From the NCBI RefSeq assembly GCF_003790525.1, contig NZ_CP033635.1: 64,000 bases of DNA, one strand, 5' to 3'. The translations under genes were made by a program, and so were the position numbers. Source of the DNA: Escherichia coli. GTDB lineage: Bacteria; Pseudomonadota; Gammaproteobacteria; Enterobacterales; Enterobacteriaceae. Positions 25,763-37,523 of the stretch are shown here, piece by piece. Each line of letters opens with the position of its first letter. Position 1 is the stretch's first letter. The notes under the pieces are model-generated. The model had not been told where the DNA came from. It searched no databases and was given only the letters and a program-made list of their open reading frames with translations.

Positions 25763-26647
25763 ATGGAACGCGTATATAGAACAGATCTTAAGTTGCTCCG
25801 TTATTTTCTTGCCGTAGCGGAAGAGTTGCATTTTGGTCGCGCAGCAGCGCGTTTAAATATGTCTCAGCCTCCGCTCAGTATTCATATTAAAGAGCTGGAA
25901 AATCAACTCGGCACGCAGCTTTTTATTCGCCATTCGCGCAGCGTCGTACTGACACACGCGGGCAAAATCTTGATGGAAGAATCGCGTCGATTGCTGGTGA
26001 ATGCAAATAATGTATTGGCTCGGGTTGAACAAATAGGTCGGGGAGAAGCAGGGCGGATTGAACTCGGGGTTGTGGGAACGGCAATGTGGGGACGGATGCG
26101 CCCGGTTATGCGGCGATTCCTTAGAGAAAATCCTAACGTTGAAGTTCTGTTTCGCGAAAAGATGCCCGCGATGCAAATGGCCTTGCTGGAACGCCGCGAA
26201 CTTGATGCCGGGATCTGGCGAATGGCGACAGAACCACCGACTGGTTTTACCAGCTTACGGTTGCATGAATCGGCGTTTCTGGTGGCGATGCCTGAAGAGC
26301 ATCATCTCTCATCATTTTCCACCGTCCCGCTGGAAGCGCTACGTGACGAGTATTTCGTTACAATGCCGCCCGTGTACACTGACTGGGATTTTTTGCAGCG
26401 AGTTTGCCAGCAGGTGGGATTTTCACCGGTTGTTATTCGCGAAGTTAATGAACCGCAAACGGTACTCGCCATGGTCAGTATGGGTATTGGTATCACATTG
26501 ATAGCGGACAGCTACGCGCAGATGAACTGGCCCGGTGTCATATTCCGTCCGCTCAAAGAACGCATCCCGGCAGACTTATATATTGTTTATGAAACGCAGC
26601 AGGTGACGCCCGCGCTGGTTAAACTGCTGGCGGCGTTGGCGCAGTAG
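25763..26647 (+). CDS. xapR: LysR-family activator of xapAB
   Basis: 294 aa from MERVYRTDLKLLRYFLAVAEELHFGRAAARLNMSQPPLSIHIKELE; the ORF could start at 25748 instead. Confidence 0.9.
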   Translation: MERVYRTDLKLLRYFLAVAEELHFGRAAARLNMSQPPLSIHIKELENQLGTQLFIRHSRSVVLTHAGKILMEESRRLLVNANNVLARVEQIGRGEAGRIELGVVGTAMWGRMRPVMRRFLRENPNVEVLFREKMPAMQMALLERRELDAGIWRMATEPPTGFTSLRLHESAFLVAMPEEHHLSSFSTVPLEALRDEYFVTMPPVYTDWDFLQRVCQQVGFSPVVIREVNEPQTVLAMVSMGIGITLIADSYAQMNWPGVIFRPLKERIPADLYIVYETQQVTPALVKLLAALAQ

Positions 26648-26665
26648 ATGAGAGGCACGGGAACT

Positions 26666-26705
26666 GCCGGACATAGTTGGTCTGATAAGCGAAGCGCATC
26701 AGGCA
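26666..26705. repeat. REP-like palindromic element between xapR and lysV
   Basis: gccggacatagttggtctgataagcgaagcgcatcaggca (CTGATAAG...GCATCAGGC core). Confidence 0.5.
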
Positions 26706-26726
26706 ATTTCGCAAATTGCAGATAGC

Positions 26727-26753
26727 AAAAAAGCGCCTTTAGGGCGCTTTTTT
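26727..26753. terminator. Bidirectional Rho-independent terminator shared by xapR and the val/lys tRNA operon
   Basis: aaaaaagcgcctttagggcgctttttt: GC stem with A-run and T-run on opposite sides. Confidence 0.65.
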
Positions 26754-26757
26754 ACAT

Positions 26758-26833
26758 TGGTGGGTCGTGCAGGATTCGAACCTGCGACCAATTGATTAAA
26801 AGTCAACTGCTCTACCAACTGAGCTAACGACCC
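26758..26833 (-). tRNA. lysV: tRNA-Lys (anticodon UUU)
   Basis: Reverse complement reads GGGTCGTTAGCTCAGTTGGTAGAGCAGTTGACTTTTAATCAATTGGTCGCAGGTTCGAATCCTGCACGACCCACCA. Confidence 0.97.
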
Positions 26834-26837
26834 GAAG

Positions 26838-26913
26838 TGGTGGGTGATGACGGGATCGAACCGCCGACCCCCTCCTTGTAAGGGAGGTGCTCTCCCAGCT
26901 GAGCTAATCACCC
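26838..26913 (-). tRNA. valY: tRNA-Val (anticodon UAC)
   Basis: Reverse complement reads GGGTGATTAGCTCAGCTGGGAGAGCACCTCCCTTACAAGGAGGGGGTCGGCGGTTCGATCCCGTCATCACCCACCA. Confidence 0.97.
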
Positions 26914-26959
26914 ACTTCGGTACTTCACATTTTTACAAGAAATTTAGCTGGCGAGAAAG

Positions 26960-27035
26960 TGGTGGGTGATGACGGGATCGAACCGCCGACCCCCTCCTTG
27001 TAAGGGAGGTGCTCTCCCAGCTGAGCTAATCACCC
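26960..27035 (-). tRNA. valX: tRNA-Val (anticodon UAC)
   Basis: Second identical tRNA-Val copy. Confidence 0.97.
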
Positions 27036-27079
27036 ACTTCTCAATTTCTTGCTACACGGCGGAGACTACATAAAGTAGT

Positions 27080-27155
27080 TGGTGGGTGATGACGGGATCG
27101 AACCGCCGACCCCCTCCTTGTAAGGGAGGTGCTCTCCCAGCTGAGCTAATCACCC
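27080..27155 (-). tRNA. valU: tRNA-Val (anticodon UAC), first gene of the valU-valX-valY-lysV operon
   Basis: Third identical tRNA-Val copy, promoter-proximal on the minus strand. Confidence 0.97.
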
Positions 27156-27413
27156 CCGCTGTGTGGAGTCGCATTATAGGGAGAGTTCAAAATGAGTCAA
27201 CGCATTTTCTAAAGAAATTGTTCGTTCGTCGTAAATTTAAGCAAGATGATCGCAAAACAGGCCGTGCTGCGCAATTTCTCAACGAAAACAATAATGCATC
27301 ATGTAGCAACCCGAACTACATTGAGGAATCAGGCGGGAGTGATAGAATATCGCCCACTCAATTTTTCCAGGATTTGCCGGTTGTCGGCATCTTTCTAAAC
27401 GTAAGGCCATTTC

Positions 27414-28829
27414 ATGAAAATCAAAACTCGCTTCGCGCCAAGCCCAACAGGCTATCTGCACGTTGGCGGCGCGCGTACTGCTCTTTACTCTTGGCTTTTT
27501 GCACGTAACCACGGCGGTGAGTTCGTGCTGCGTATTGAAGACACCGATCTTGAGCGTTCCACGCCGGAAGCTATCGAAGCCATTATGGATGGCATGAACT
27601 GGCTGAGCCTGGAGTGGGATGAAGGTCCGTACTACCAGACCAAACGTTTTGATCGCTACAATGCGGTGATCGATCAGATGCTGGAAGAGGGCACTGCTTA
27701 TAAATGCTATTGCTCTAAAGAGCGCCTGGAAGCGCTGCGCGAAGAGCAAATGGCGAAAGGTGAGAAGCCGCGTTATGACGGTCGCTGCCGCCACAGCCAT
27801 GAGCATCACGCTGATGATGAACCGTGTGTCGTGCGTTTTGCTAACCCGCAGGAAGGTTCTGTTGTTTTTGACGATCAGATCCGTGGTCCGATCGAATTCA
27901 GCAACCAGGAGCTGGATGATCTGATTATCCGTCGTACCGATGGTTCTCCAACCTATAACTTCTGTGTAGTGGTTGACGACTGGGATATGGAAATCACGCA
28001 CGTCATCCGTGGTGAAGACCATATCAACAACACGCCGCGCCAGATCAACATCCTGAAAGCGCTGAACGCGCCCGTACCGGTTTACGCGCACGTTTCTATG
28101 ATCAACGGTGATGACGGTAAAAAACTGTCCAAACGTCACGGGGCGGTCAGCGTAATGCAGTATCGTGATGACGGTTATTTGCCAGAAGCACTGCTGAACT
28201 ATCTGGTGCGTCTGGGCTGGTCCCACGGCGATCAGGAAATCTTCACTCGTGAAGAGATGATCAAATACTTCACTCTGAATGCCGTCAGCAAATCTGCCAG
28301 TGCGTTCAACACCGACAAGCTGCTGTGGCTAAACCATCACTACATTAACGCACTGCCGCCGGAGTATGTGGCTACCCACTTACAGTGGCACATCGAGCAG
28401 GAAAATATCGATACCCGTAACGGCCCGCAACTGGCTGATCTGGTAAAACTGCTGGGTGAACGCTGCAAAACGCTGAAAGAGATGGCACAGACTTGCCGTT
28501 ATTTCTACGAAGATTTTGCTGAGTTCGATGCCGACGCCGCGAAAAAACATCTGCGTCCGGTAGCGCGTCAGCCGCTGGAAGTGGTTCGTGACAAACTGGC
28601 CGCGATTACTGACTGGACCGCTGAAAACGTTCATCACGCTATTCAGGCGACGGCGGATGAGCTGGAAGTGGGTATGGGTAAAGTTGGTATGCCGCTGCGT
28701 GTCGCCGTTACCGGTGCGGGGCAGTCTCCGGCACTGGACGTTACCGTTCACGCGATCGGTAAGACCCGCAGTATCGAGCGTATCAACAAAGCGCTGGCTT
28801 TTATTGCGGAACGCGAAAACCAGCAGTAA
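27414..28829 (+). CDS. gltX: Glutamyl-tRNA synthetase
   Basis: 471 aa, [30 protein letters not shown] with HIGH-type motif and KLSKR (KMSKS) motif. Confidence 0.97.
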   Translation: MKIKTRFAPSPTGYLHVGGARTALYSWLFARNHGGEFVLRIEDTDLERSTPEAIEAIMDGMNWLSLEWDEGPYYQTKRFDRYNAVIDQMLEEGTAYKCYCSKERLEALREEQMAKGEKPRYDGRCRHSHEHHADDEPCVVRFANPQEGSVVFDDQIRGPIEFSNQELDDLIIRRTDGSPTYNFCVVVDDWDMEITHVIRGEDHINNTPRQINILKALNAPVPVYAHVSMINGDDGKKLSKRHGAVSVMQYRDDGYLPEALLNYLVRLGWSHGDQEIFTREEMIKYFTLNAVSKSASAFNTDKLLWLNHHYINALPPEYVATHLQWHIEQENIDTRNGPQLADLVKLLGERCKTLKEMAQTCRYFYEDFAEFDADAAKKHLRPVARQPLEVVRDKLAAITDWTAENVHHAIQATADELEVGMGKVGMPLRVAVTGAGQSPALDVTVHAIGKTRSIERINKALAFIAERENQQ

Positions 28830-28848
28830 TTAGCGCATAAAAGATAAA

Positions 28849-28877
28849 CGGCAGGAGAAATACCCCTGCCGTTTTTT
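28849..28877 (+). terminator. Rho-independent terminator of gltX
   Basis: cggcagg-agaaataccc-ctgccg followed by tttttt. Confidence 0.65.
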
Positions 28878-28939
28878 ATTTATCCGGTGCGCCGTAAAAC
28901 CCCGTCCTTCAGGGCGGGGATATAAGGCGCGGTTTTCCA

Positions 28940-29356
28940 CCTGACCAGGTGTTTGCTGTTGTTCAATGTATTGGCGGATGACGGATATTGGCGCACCTCC
29001 GCAGCTACTGGCAAAATAGCCAGGACTCCACAAAACGCCTTTGTAGTAATACCTGACTGCAATATCTGGTCGATCTCGTCGCAGTCACCTACCCGATACG
29101 CCTTTGAGGCTGTTTACCAGACTGGATATCGCCAGTTTGGGAGGATAGTTAATTAACAAATGGACGTGATCTGGTTCGCCATCCATTTCAACCAGTTCAG
29201 CTTCAAAATCAGCACATACATTTGAAAAGTAAGTGCGTAGTTTTTCTGTCGCGTCATGGTCAAAAATCTGGCGTCGGTATTTGGGACAAAGACCAGGTGA
29301 ACATGCATCAGGAAAACACAATGCCTTCCACGCCGGATATCGGTTTCTTTTTTCAC
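28940..29356 (-). pseudogene. tnpA: IS200/IS605-family HUH (Y1) transposase TnpA, inactivated by a frameshift and an in-frame TGA; extent approximate
   Basis: N-terminus ...RHCVFLMHVHLVFVP is in one frame and ...PKYRRQIF...EMDGEPDHVHLLINYPPKLAISSLVNSLKGVSGR in another (1-bp shift at about 29285); TGA at 29082-29084, after which the same frame continues LWSPGYFASSCGGAPISVIRQYIEQQQ (catalytic Tyr region). Confidence 0.7.
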
Positions 29357-29378
29357 AGACCAAAATATAATTTGACCT

Positions 29379-30589
29379 GTGAAACGACTACAGGCATTTA
29401 AATTCCAGTTAAGACCCGGTGGTCAACAGGAGCATGAAATGAGGCGCTTCGCAGGCGCATGTCGTTTCGTTTTCAATCGTGCTCTGGCGCTTCAGAATGA
29501 GAATCATGAGGCCGGTAATAAATACATCCCTTACGGGAAAATGGCTTCCTGGCTGGTTGAGTGGAAAAACGCCACTGGAACGCAATGGCTTAAAGATTCT
29601 CCCTCACAGCCATTGCAACAGTCACTGAAAGACCTTGAGCGGGCTTACAAAAACTTCTTCCAGAAGCGGGCTGCTTTTCCCCGATTCAAAAAGCGGGGAC
29701 AGAATGATGCATTCCGCTACCCGCAGGGCGTTAAGCTCGATCAGGAAAACAGCCGTATTTTTCTGCCGAAACTGGGCTGGATGCGCTACCGGAACAGCCG
29801 TCAGGTCACGGGTGTTGTGAAAAATGTCACGGTCAGCCAGTCCTGCGGTAAGTGGTACATCAGTATTCAGACAGAAAGTGAAGTATCAACTCCGGTTCAC
29901 CCTTCAGCATCAATGGTCGGGCTGGATGCCGGCATGGCTGAACTTGCCACGCTGTCAGATGGGGCACAGTCTTTGAGCCTGTAAACAGTTTTCAGAAAAA
30001 CCAGAAGACGCTGGCGAGACTTCAGCGACAGTTAAGCCGCAAGGTCAAATTCAGCAATAACTGGAAGAAGCAGAAACGCAAAATACAGCGACTGCATTCC
30101 CGTATCGCAAATATCCGCAGGGACTACCTTCACAAAGTCACAACGACCGTCAGCAAAAACCACGCAATGATAGTCATTGAGGATTTGAAGGTCAGCAACA
30201 TGTCAAAGTCAGCAGCGGGTACGGTCAGCCAGCCGGGGCGCAATGTCCGGGCAAAATCAGGTTTAAACCGTTCGATACTGAATCAGGGCTGGTATGAAAT
30301 GCGCCGCCAGCTTGAGTACAAGCAGCTCTGGCGTGGCGGTCAGGTGCTTGCTGTTCCGCCAGCGTACACAAGCCAGCGTTGCGCGTGCTGTGGTCATACA
30401 GCGAAAGAAAATCGCCTGTCACAAAGTAAATTCAGATTCCAGGTATGTGGATATACAGCGAACGCCGATGTAAACGGCGCTCGTAACATTTTAGCGGCGG
30501 GGCACGCCGTTCTTGCCTGTGGAGAGATGGTGCAGTCAGGCCGCCCGTTGAAGCAGGAACCCACCGAAATGATTCAGGCGACAGCCTGA
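29379..30589 (+). pseudogene. tnpB: IS200/IS605-family TnpB (RuvC-like, OrfB_IS605 plus zinc ribbon), split by a single frameshift near 29970
   Basis: ORF 29379..29984 ends ...GLDAGMAELATLSDGAQSLSL; the next frame continues FEPVNSFQKNQKTLARLQRQLSRK... into ORF 30167..30589 (...IVIEDLKVSNM...CACCGH...C..C...NGARNIL); joined length about 403 aa. Confidence 0.8.
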
Positions 30590-30628
30590 ACGTAGCAGGG
30601 ATCCTCGTCCTTCAGGGCGTGGAGGATG

Positions 30629-31021
30629 TCAAGCTGATTCATCTATGTCGAGACGAGCAAGGAAATTACGAATTCCTTCGCGTGACAAAAATTGCGCAAC
30701 TTTTTCCCGCTCACTGTGAGTCATGTTGTCTATTGCGCTGATGATTTGCCGATAAGCAGGAGTGCGAATCCCCGGTGCGTATTCGGCAAGGGGTTCTTCG
30801 GCTTCCAGAAGCATCGGCGTGTTATGGAAGGCTGGCGTGTTCTGAATAAACTCGCAAACTTGCGTATCGACCAGAATAAGTCTGGCACGACCGCCTTTCA
30901 CGCCGGGAAATTTTTCCGTTTTCCAGCCTTTTTCTCTGATCCAACGGTTAACAGTTTGTTTAGCCACACCGAGGCATTCAGCCAGTTCTTCGGTGGTCAT
31001 TTTATTGCGTAATCTTTTCAT
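30629..31021 (-). CDS. yfeD: Small HTH DNA-binding protein (DUF1323 family)
   Basis: 130 aa (MKRLRNKMTTEELAECLGVAKQTVNRWIREKGW...), paralogous to the adjacent yfeC. Confidence 0.85.
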   Translation of the reverse strand: MKRLRNKMTTEELAECLGVAKQTVNRWIREKGWKTEKFPGVKGGRARLILVDTQVCEFIQNTPAFHNTPMLLEAEEPLAEYAPGIRTPAYRQIISAIDNMTHSEREKVAQFLSREGIRNFLARLDIDESA

Positions 31022-31022
31022 A

Positions 31023-31382
31023 TTATTTGCTATCGCGAATCCCTAAGCGTTGTAATAATCCGATAATCCCTTCCCGCAGAAGCAAGGATGTAAACTGTTT
31101 TTGTTCAACTGGCGTCATCTCTTTCGCCAGTGTCACCAGCAACACTTCAAGCGGCGCATCACCAGACAGGGCAGGCGTTTCTCCCTGACTTTCCGGACGT
31201 TCAGCATTGCGAATATATTCACGAACCTGTTCATTGACGTGAACCAGTCGGGCTTTGCCACCCTGGACGCCTGGTTTTGGTGACGTTGTCCAGCCTTCCT
31301 TGCGTACCCATTTATTAATGGTCTGGCGGCTATAGCCGGTCAGTCTGGCAAGTTCATCTGGCGTCATCCTCTCCTTGAACAT
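31023..31382 (-). CDS. yfeC: Small HTH DNA-binding protein (DUF1323 family)
   Basis: 119-aa ORF (MFKERMTPDELARLTGYSRQTINKWVRKEGW...); true start may be slightly downstream. Confidence 0.85.
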   Translation of the reverse strand: MFKERMTPDELARLTGYSRQTINKWVRKEGWTTSPKPGVQGGKARLVHVNEQVREYIRNAERPESQGETPALSGDAPLEVLLVTLAKEMTPVEQKQFTSLLLREGIIGLLQRLGIRDSK

Positions 31383-31602
31383 AACAATTCCCTGAATGTA
31401 TGTGGGTCTATTAGTAGTTCATTTTATAACACCACTTTACAGGAAACCGTGACATGAATAACTACTGAATGCGAGCGGTTTTCCAAAATTGTTCATTTGC
31501 CTGATTTTTCAGCGATTGAAACTACACGTTGCAATTTGCCGTTGACACATTCGGGCGGAATTCATATGATGCCGCCCGTCAACTCGACAAGCTTTACGTG
31601 AC

Positions 31603-31678
<76 letters not shown>

Positions 31679-31717
31679 AATTTTGCACCCAGCAAAATTT
31701 GTACGTAAACGCATCGT

Positions 31718-31793
<76 letters not shown>

Positions 31794-31802
31794 AATTTCA
31801 AA

Positions 31803-31829
31803 CCCTCGCTGTAAAGCGGGGGTTTTTTG
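31803..31829 (+). terminator. Rho-independent terminator of the alaWX tRNA operon
   Basis: ccctcgctgtaaagcggggg followed by ttttttg. Confidence 0.65.
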
Positions 31830-32000
31830 TCTCTGCTTTTTGCCGCTTTTGTAATACAGTCTACGTCCGGGTTAGCGGCGCCTGGTGAAAGCATCATTGG
31901 ATGAAAAATCGGCAACAGGCTGACCCCTGTTTGCTTCGCGATGCGAATAAACTTATTATTTGTGTGCCTGAAAACCCCGATCAGTGAGAGTAGTGTACTC

Positions 32001-34190
32001 ATGTTTGTGGAGCATAACCTGATAAAAAATATCAAGATATTCACACTAGCGTTTACGCTCACCGTGGTACTTATTCAGCTATCCCGTTTTATTTCGCCAC
32101 TTGCCATTATCCATTCCAGTTATATCTTTCTGGCGTGGATGCCACTGTGCGTAATGCTGTCAATCTTGTTTATCTTTGGCTGGCGCGGTGTCGTTCCCGT
32201 TTTATGCGGGATGTTTTGCACCAATCTGTGGAACTTTCATCTCTCTTTTTTACAGACCGCGGTCATGCTCGGCAGCCAGACGTTTGTTGTGTTGTGTGCC
32301 TGCGCAATATTACGCTGGCAGCTGGGGACGCGTTGGCGTTATGGATTGACCAGCCGATATGTCTGGCAACGTCTGTTCTGGCTTGGTTTGGTGGCGCCGA
32401 TTGGCATCAAATGCAGCATGTATCTTGTGGGAAATTTCTTTGATTTTCCGCTAAAGATATCTACCTTTTTCGGCGATGCGGATGCCATTTTCACGGTCGT
32501 TGATTTGCTAAGCCTTTTCACCGCAGTGCTGATTTACAACATGCTTTTTTACTATCTCACCCGCATGATTGTAAGTCCCCACTTTGCACAGATATTGTGG
32601 CGTAGGGATATCGCTCCGTCGTTGAGCAAAGAGAAACGCGCATTTACCTTAAGCTGGCTGGCAGCTCTTAGCGTGCTGCTACTTCTGATGTGCACACCGT
32701 ATGAAAATGACTTTATTGCCGGTTACCTGGTACCTGTTTTCTTTATCATCTTTACCCTCGGTGTCGGTAAGCTTCGCTATCCGTTTTTAAATCTCACCTG
32801 GGCTGTTTCAACGCTTTGCCTTCTGAATTACAACCAGAACTTTTTGCAAGGGGTACTAACCGAATATTCGCTGGCATTTATTCTCGCAGTACTGATTTCC
32901 TTTAGTGTTTGCCTGCTCTATATGGTGCGTATTTATCATCGTAGTGAATGGCTTAACCGCCGCTGGCATTTGCAGGCGCTGACCGATCCGTTAACGCTTC
33001 TACCCAACTTTCGTGCGTTGGAGCAAGCGCCGGAGCAAGAGGCGGGCAAGAGTTTTTGCTGCCTGCGCATTGATAATCTTGAGTTTATGAGTCGTCATTA
33101 CGGCTTAATGATGCGCGTTCACTGTATCCGCTCAATTTACCGTACGCTGCTGCCGTTGATGCAGGAAAACGAAAAGTTGTATCAATTGCCGGGTAGTGAA
33201 CTGCTGATAGTGCTGAGCGGGCCGGAAACGGAAGGGCGACTCCAGCATATGGTTAACATCCTGAATAGTCGGCAAATTCACTGGAACAATACCGGGCTGG
33301 ATATGGGCTATGGTGCTGCCTGGGGGCGTTTTGATGGAAATCAGGAAACCCTGCAACCCTTGTTGGGGCAGTTAAGCTGGCTGGCGGAACAATCCTGCGC
33401 TCATCATCATGTGCTGGCGCTGGATAGCAGAGAGGAGATGGTTTCCGGGCAGACCACTAAACAGGTGCTATTGCTGAATACCATTCGTACTGCATTAGAT
33501 CAGGGCGATTTGCTGCTCTACGCCCAGCCAATTCGCAACAAAGAGGGTGAAGGTTATGATGAGATCCTCGCGCGACTGAAATATGACGGCGGCATTATGA
33601 CCCCGGATAAGTTTCTGCCCCTTATTGCTCAGTTTAACCTTAGCGCGCGTTTTGATTTGCAAGTGCTGGAATCCTTGTTGAAGTGGCTGGCAACACACCC
33701 TTGCGACAAAAAAGGTCCGCGCTTTTCAGTCAATTTAATGCCGCTCACGCTGCTGCAAAAAAATATCGCCGGGCGGATTATTCGTCTGTTTAAGCGTTAT
33801 CACATCTCCCCGCAGGCGGTCATTCTTGAGATCACCGAGGAGCAGGCGTTTTCTAACGCAGAAAGCAGCATGTACAACATCGAGCAACTGCATAAGTTTG
33901 GTTTCCGGATTGCGATTGATGACTTTGGCACCGGCTATGCCAACTACGAACGGTTAAAGCGTTTGCAGGCTGATATCATCAAAATTGATGGTGTCTTTGT
34001 GAAAGATATCGTCACGAATACGCTGGATGCGATGATTGTGAGATCAATTACCGATCTGGCGAAAGCGAAGTCATTGAGTGTGGTCGCGGAGTTTGTCGAG
34101 ACGCAACAGCAGCAGGCGCTATTGCATAAGCTCGGGGTGCAATATCTGCAAGGGTATTTGATTGGTCGCCCGCAGCCATTAGCTGATTAA
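32001..34190 (+). CDS. pdeA: c-di-GMP phosphodiesterase with N-terminal MASE1 membrane domain, degenerate GGDEF and EAL domains
   Basis: 729 aa from MFVEHNLIKNIKIFTLAF...; C-terminal EAL motifs (EITE, DDFGTGYANY); also known as yfeA. Confidence 0.9.
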   Translation: MFVEHNLIKNIKIFTLAFTLTVVLIQLSRFISPLAIIHSSYIFLAWMPLCVMLSILFIFGWRGVVPVLCGMFCTNLWNFHLSFLQTAVMLGSQTFVVLCACAILRWQLGTRWRYGLTSRYVWQRLFWLGLVAPIGIKCSMYLVGNFFDFPLKISTFFGDADAIFTVVDLLSLFTAVLIYNMLFYYLTRMIVSPHFAQILWRRDIAPSLSKEKRAFTLSWLAALSVLLLLMCTPYENDFIAGYLVPVFFIIFTLGVGKLRYPFLNLTWAVSTLCLLNYNQNFLQGVLTEYSLAFILAVLISFSVCLLYMVRIYHRSEWLNRRWHLQALTDPLTLLPNFRALEQAPEQEAGKSFCCLRIDNLEFMSRHYGLMMRVHCIRSIYRTLLPLMQENEKLYQLPGSELLIVLSGPETEGRLQHMVNILNSRQIHWNNTGLDMGYGAAWGRFDGNQETLQPLLGQLSWLAEQSCAHHHVLALDSREEMVSGQTTKQVLLLNTIRTALDQGDLLLYAQPIRNKEGEGYDEILARLKYDGGIMTPDKFLPLIAQFNLSARFDLQVLESLLKWLATHPCDKKGPRFSVNLMPLTLLQKNIAGRIIRLFKRYHISPQAVILEITEEQAFSNAESSMYNIEQLHKFGFRIAIDDFGTGYANYERLKRLQADIIKIDGVFVKDIVTNTLDAMIVRSITDLAKAKSLSVVAEFVETQQQQALLHKLGVQYLQGYLIGRPQPLAD

Positions 34191-34197
34191 CAGGCGT

Positions 34198-34228
34198 AAA
34201 AAACCGGGGAATTATCCCCGGCTTTTTT
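34198..34228. terminator. Bidirectional Rho-independent terminator between convergent pdeA and nupC
   Basis: aaaaaaccgggga-attat-ccccggctttttt. Confidence 0.7.
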
Positions 34229-34238
34229 ATGTATGGTC

Positions 34239-35441
34239 TTACAGCACCAGTGCTGCGATTGACGCAGACAGCACACTCACCAGGGTAGAGCCGTAAACCA
34301 GTTTCAGACCGAAGCGAGAAACCACGTTACCTTGCTCTTCATTCAGGCCTTTAACTGCACCTGCGATAATCCCGATTGATGAGAAGTTAGCGAAGGAAAC
34401 CAGGAACACAGAGATGATGCCTTCAGCACGCGGAGAGAGCGTGGAAGCAATTTTCTGCAGATCCATCATCGCAACGAACTCGTTGGAAACCAGTTTGGTC
34501 GCCATGATACTGCCCACTTGCAGTGCTTCACTGGAAGGAACACCCATCACCCATGCAATCGGATAGAAGATGTAGCCCAGGATGCCCTGGAAGGAGATGC
34601 TGTAGCCAAACCAGCCAGTCACGGTAGCAAACAGTGCGTTCAGCGCGGCGATCAGGGCGATAAAGCCGATCAGCATTGCGGCAACGATAATGGCAACTTT
34701 GAAACCTGCCAGAATGTATTCACCCAGCATTTCGAAGAAGCTCTGACCTTCGTGCAGGTTGGACATCTGAATGTTTTCTTCACTGGCATCAACACGGTAA
34801 GGGTTGATCAGCGACAGCACGATAAAGGTGCTGAACATGTTCAGTACCAGCGCCGCAACGACATATTTCGGCTCCAGCATGGTCATGTATGCACCAACGA
34901 TGGACATCGACACGGTGGACATCGCCGTTGCTGCCATGGTGTACATACGATTGCGGGAGATTTTGCCGAGGATATCTTTATAGGCAATAAAGTTTTCAGA
35001 CTGACCCAGAATCAGGGAGCTGACGGCGTTAAAGGATTCCAGTTTGCCCATACCGTTGACTTTGGAAAGCAGGAAACCAATTGCGCGGATAATCACTGGC
35101 AACACGCGAATGTGCTGGAGAATACCGATCAATGCAGAGATAAAGACGATTGGGCACAGCACTTTCAGAAAGAAGAATGCCAGGCCTTGATCATTCATGC
35201 TACCAAAGACGAAGTTAGTCCCTTCGTTGGCAAATCCGAGCAGTTTTTCGAACATTTCGGAGAAGCCTTTCACGAAGCCTAAACCAACGTCGGAGTTCAG
35301 GAAGAACCACGCCAGTAACACTTCGATAACAAGCAGTTGAATAACATAACGGATACGAATTTTTTTGCGGTCGCTGCTTACCAGCAGTGCGAGAATCGCA
35401 ACAACGGCAAGTGCCAGTACAAAATGAAGGACGCGGTCCAT
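34239..35441 (-). CDS. nupC: Nucleoside:H+ symporter (CNT family)
   Basis: 400 aa from [33 protein letters not shown]... Confidence 0.95.
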
Positions 35442-35713
35442 ATTTGCTCCAAATATGAGGCAGGTTAAATTTCCGTGCACATTCTATGTAACATGGTTAA
35501 GGAAAACGAGATCTGACACACACTATAATGACGTCCTGTGACAAGCTTCAAAAATAGTGAGCTGTCATACATTTCTGCTATGTTGTGTATGGAAGCTGAA
35601 AGTTATGTAAATGTGCTAACATTAAACATAATCACAACATTCAAGTCATCAATCTTTTCGTCGTCATAATTCTGGTCTATCAAAGAAATCATCACAATCC
35701 ACTTAAATGAATT

Positions 35714-35727
35714 TGATAATCATTCTC
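35714..35727. promoter_or_regulatory. Candidate Fur box in the mntH promoter
   Basis: tgataatcattctc resembles the GATAATGATAATCATTATC Fur consensus; mntH is a known Fur target. Confidence 0.4.
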
Positions 35728-35742
35728 GTTTGACATAGCATG

Positions 35743-35764
35743 AAACATAGCAAAGGCTATGTTT
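35743..35764. promoter_or_regulatory. MntR operator (palindrome) just upstream of mntH
   Basis: Inverted repeat AAACATAGC-aaag-GCTATGTTT ending 13 bp before the mntH ATG. Confidence 0.6.
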
Positions 35765-35767
35765 TAG

Positions 35768-37015
<1,248 letters not shown>

Positions 37016-37043
37016 TGGAACTGGTGTCGGAGCAGGCATCACT

Positions 37044-37078
37044 GGCGGATGCGGCGTAAAACGCCTTATCCGCCCTAC
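37044..37078. repeat. REP element between mntH and ypeC
   Basis: ggcggatgcggcgtaaaacgccttatccgccctac. Confidence 0.55.
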
Positions 37079-37082
37079 GTGT

Positions 37083-37409
37083 TTAATGGCGATGTCCATG
37101 TCCGCGGCCTTTTCCGCGATGATCATCACGATCGCGCCAGCCTTCACGATAGCCACGCTCATACGCTTTACGCTTATCCCAGCCACGGTGGTAGCCATTA
37201 TCATGACGCCACCAGCGGTTCTTACGCCATTCATAATTGCGATGCCAGTAGTCACGGTCGCGCCAGTGACCACCGTCCCAGTAATTACCGTAATGATCGC
37301 GATCGCCAATTTGTAATTTGATTGATGGCAGTAGGGTGATTTCACCTGCGTTTGCCGCAAGCGGGGTAAATGCCATCAGGGCGGCCGCCAGAAACAGTGA
37401 CCTGAACAT
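37083..37409 (-). CDS. ypeC: Secreted low-complexity protein (DUF2502), rich in H/R/D/W/Y
   Basis: 108 aa with signal peptide [21 protein letters not shown], then repetitive [31 protein letters not shown]... Confidence 0.8.
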
Positions 37410-37523
37410 TGTTATTCTCCTTCACGATCGAAGCCGTCAGCGGCCTGTTAACGCAATATTACGGGGAGGTAAAGCCCCGTATCATCGCCATAACTCTTAA
37501 ATCATAAAGGAGAGCATTTTTTG

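Larger units (their letters stand above)
28897..30628. mobile_element. Decayed IS200/IS605-family insertion element (divergent tnpA/tnpB, both disrupted), about 1.7 kb; boundaries approximate
   Basis: Subterminal imperfect hairpins sharing the core cgtccttcagggcg at both ends (28900-28919 and 30601-30627); HUH tnpA remnant on the minus strand, tnpB with C-terminal CxxC...C zinc finger on the plus strand. Confidence 0.75.

Noticed and set aside
26699-27508. ORFs 26699..26911 (minus) and 27086..27508 (plus) overlapping the tRNA cluster, and 31667..32062 (minus) overlapping alaW/alaX
   Set aside because: They run through tRNA genes and terminators and are not protein-coding.
28830-29033. 67-aa minus-strand ORF that looks like a small gene next to the gltX stop
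   Set aside because: It is the C-terminal frame of the decayed tnpA (WSPGYFASSCGGAPISVIRQYIEQQQ...) reading through the IS end hairpin and the gltX terminator after loss of its stop; part of the pseudogene, not an independent gene.
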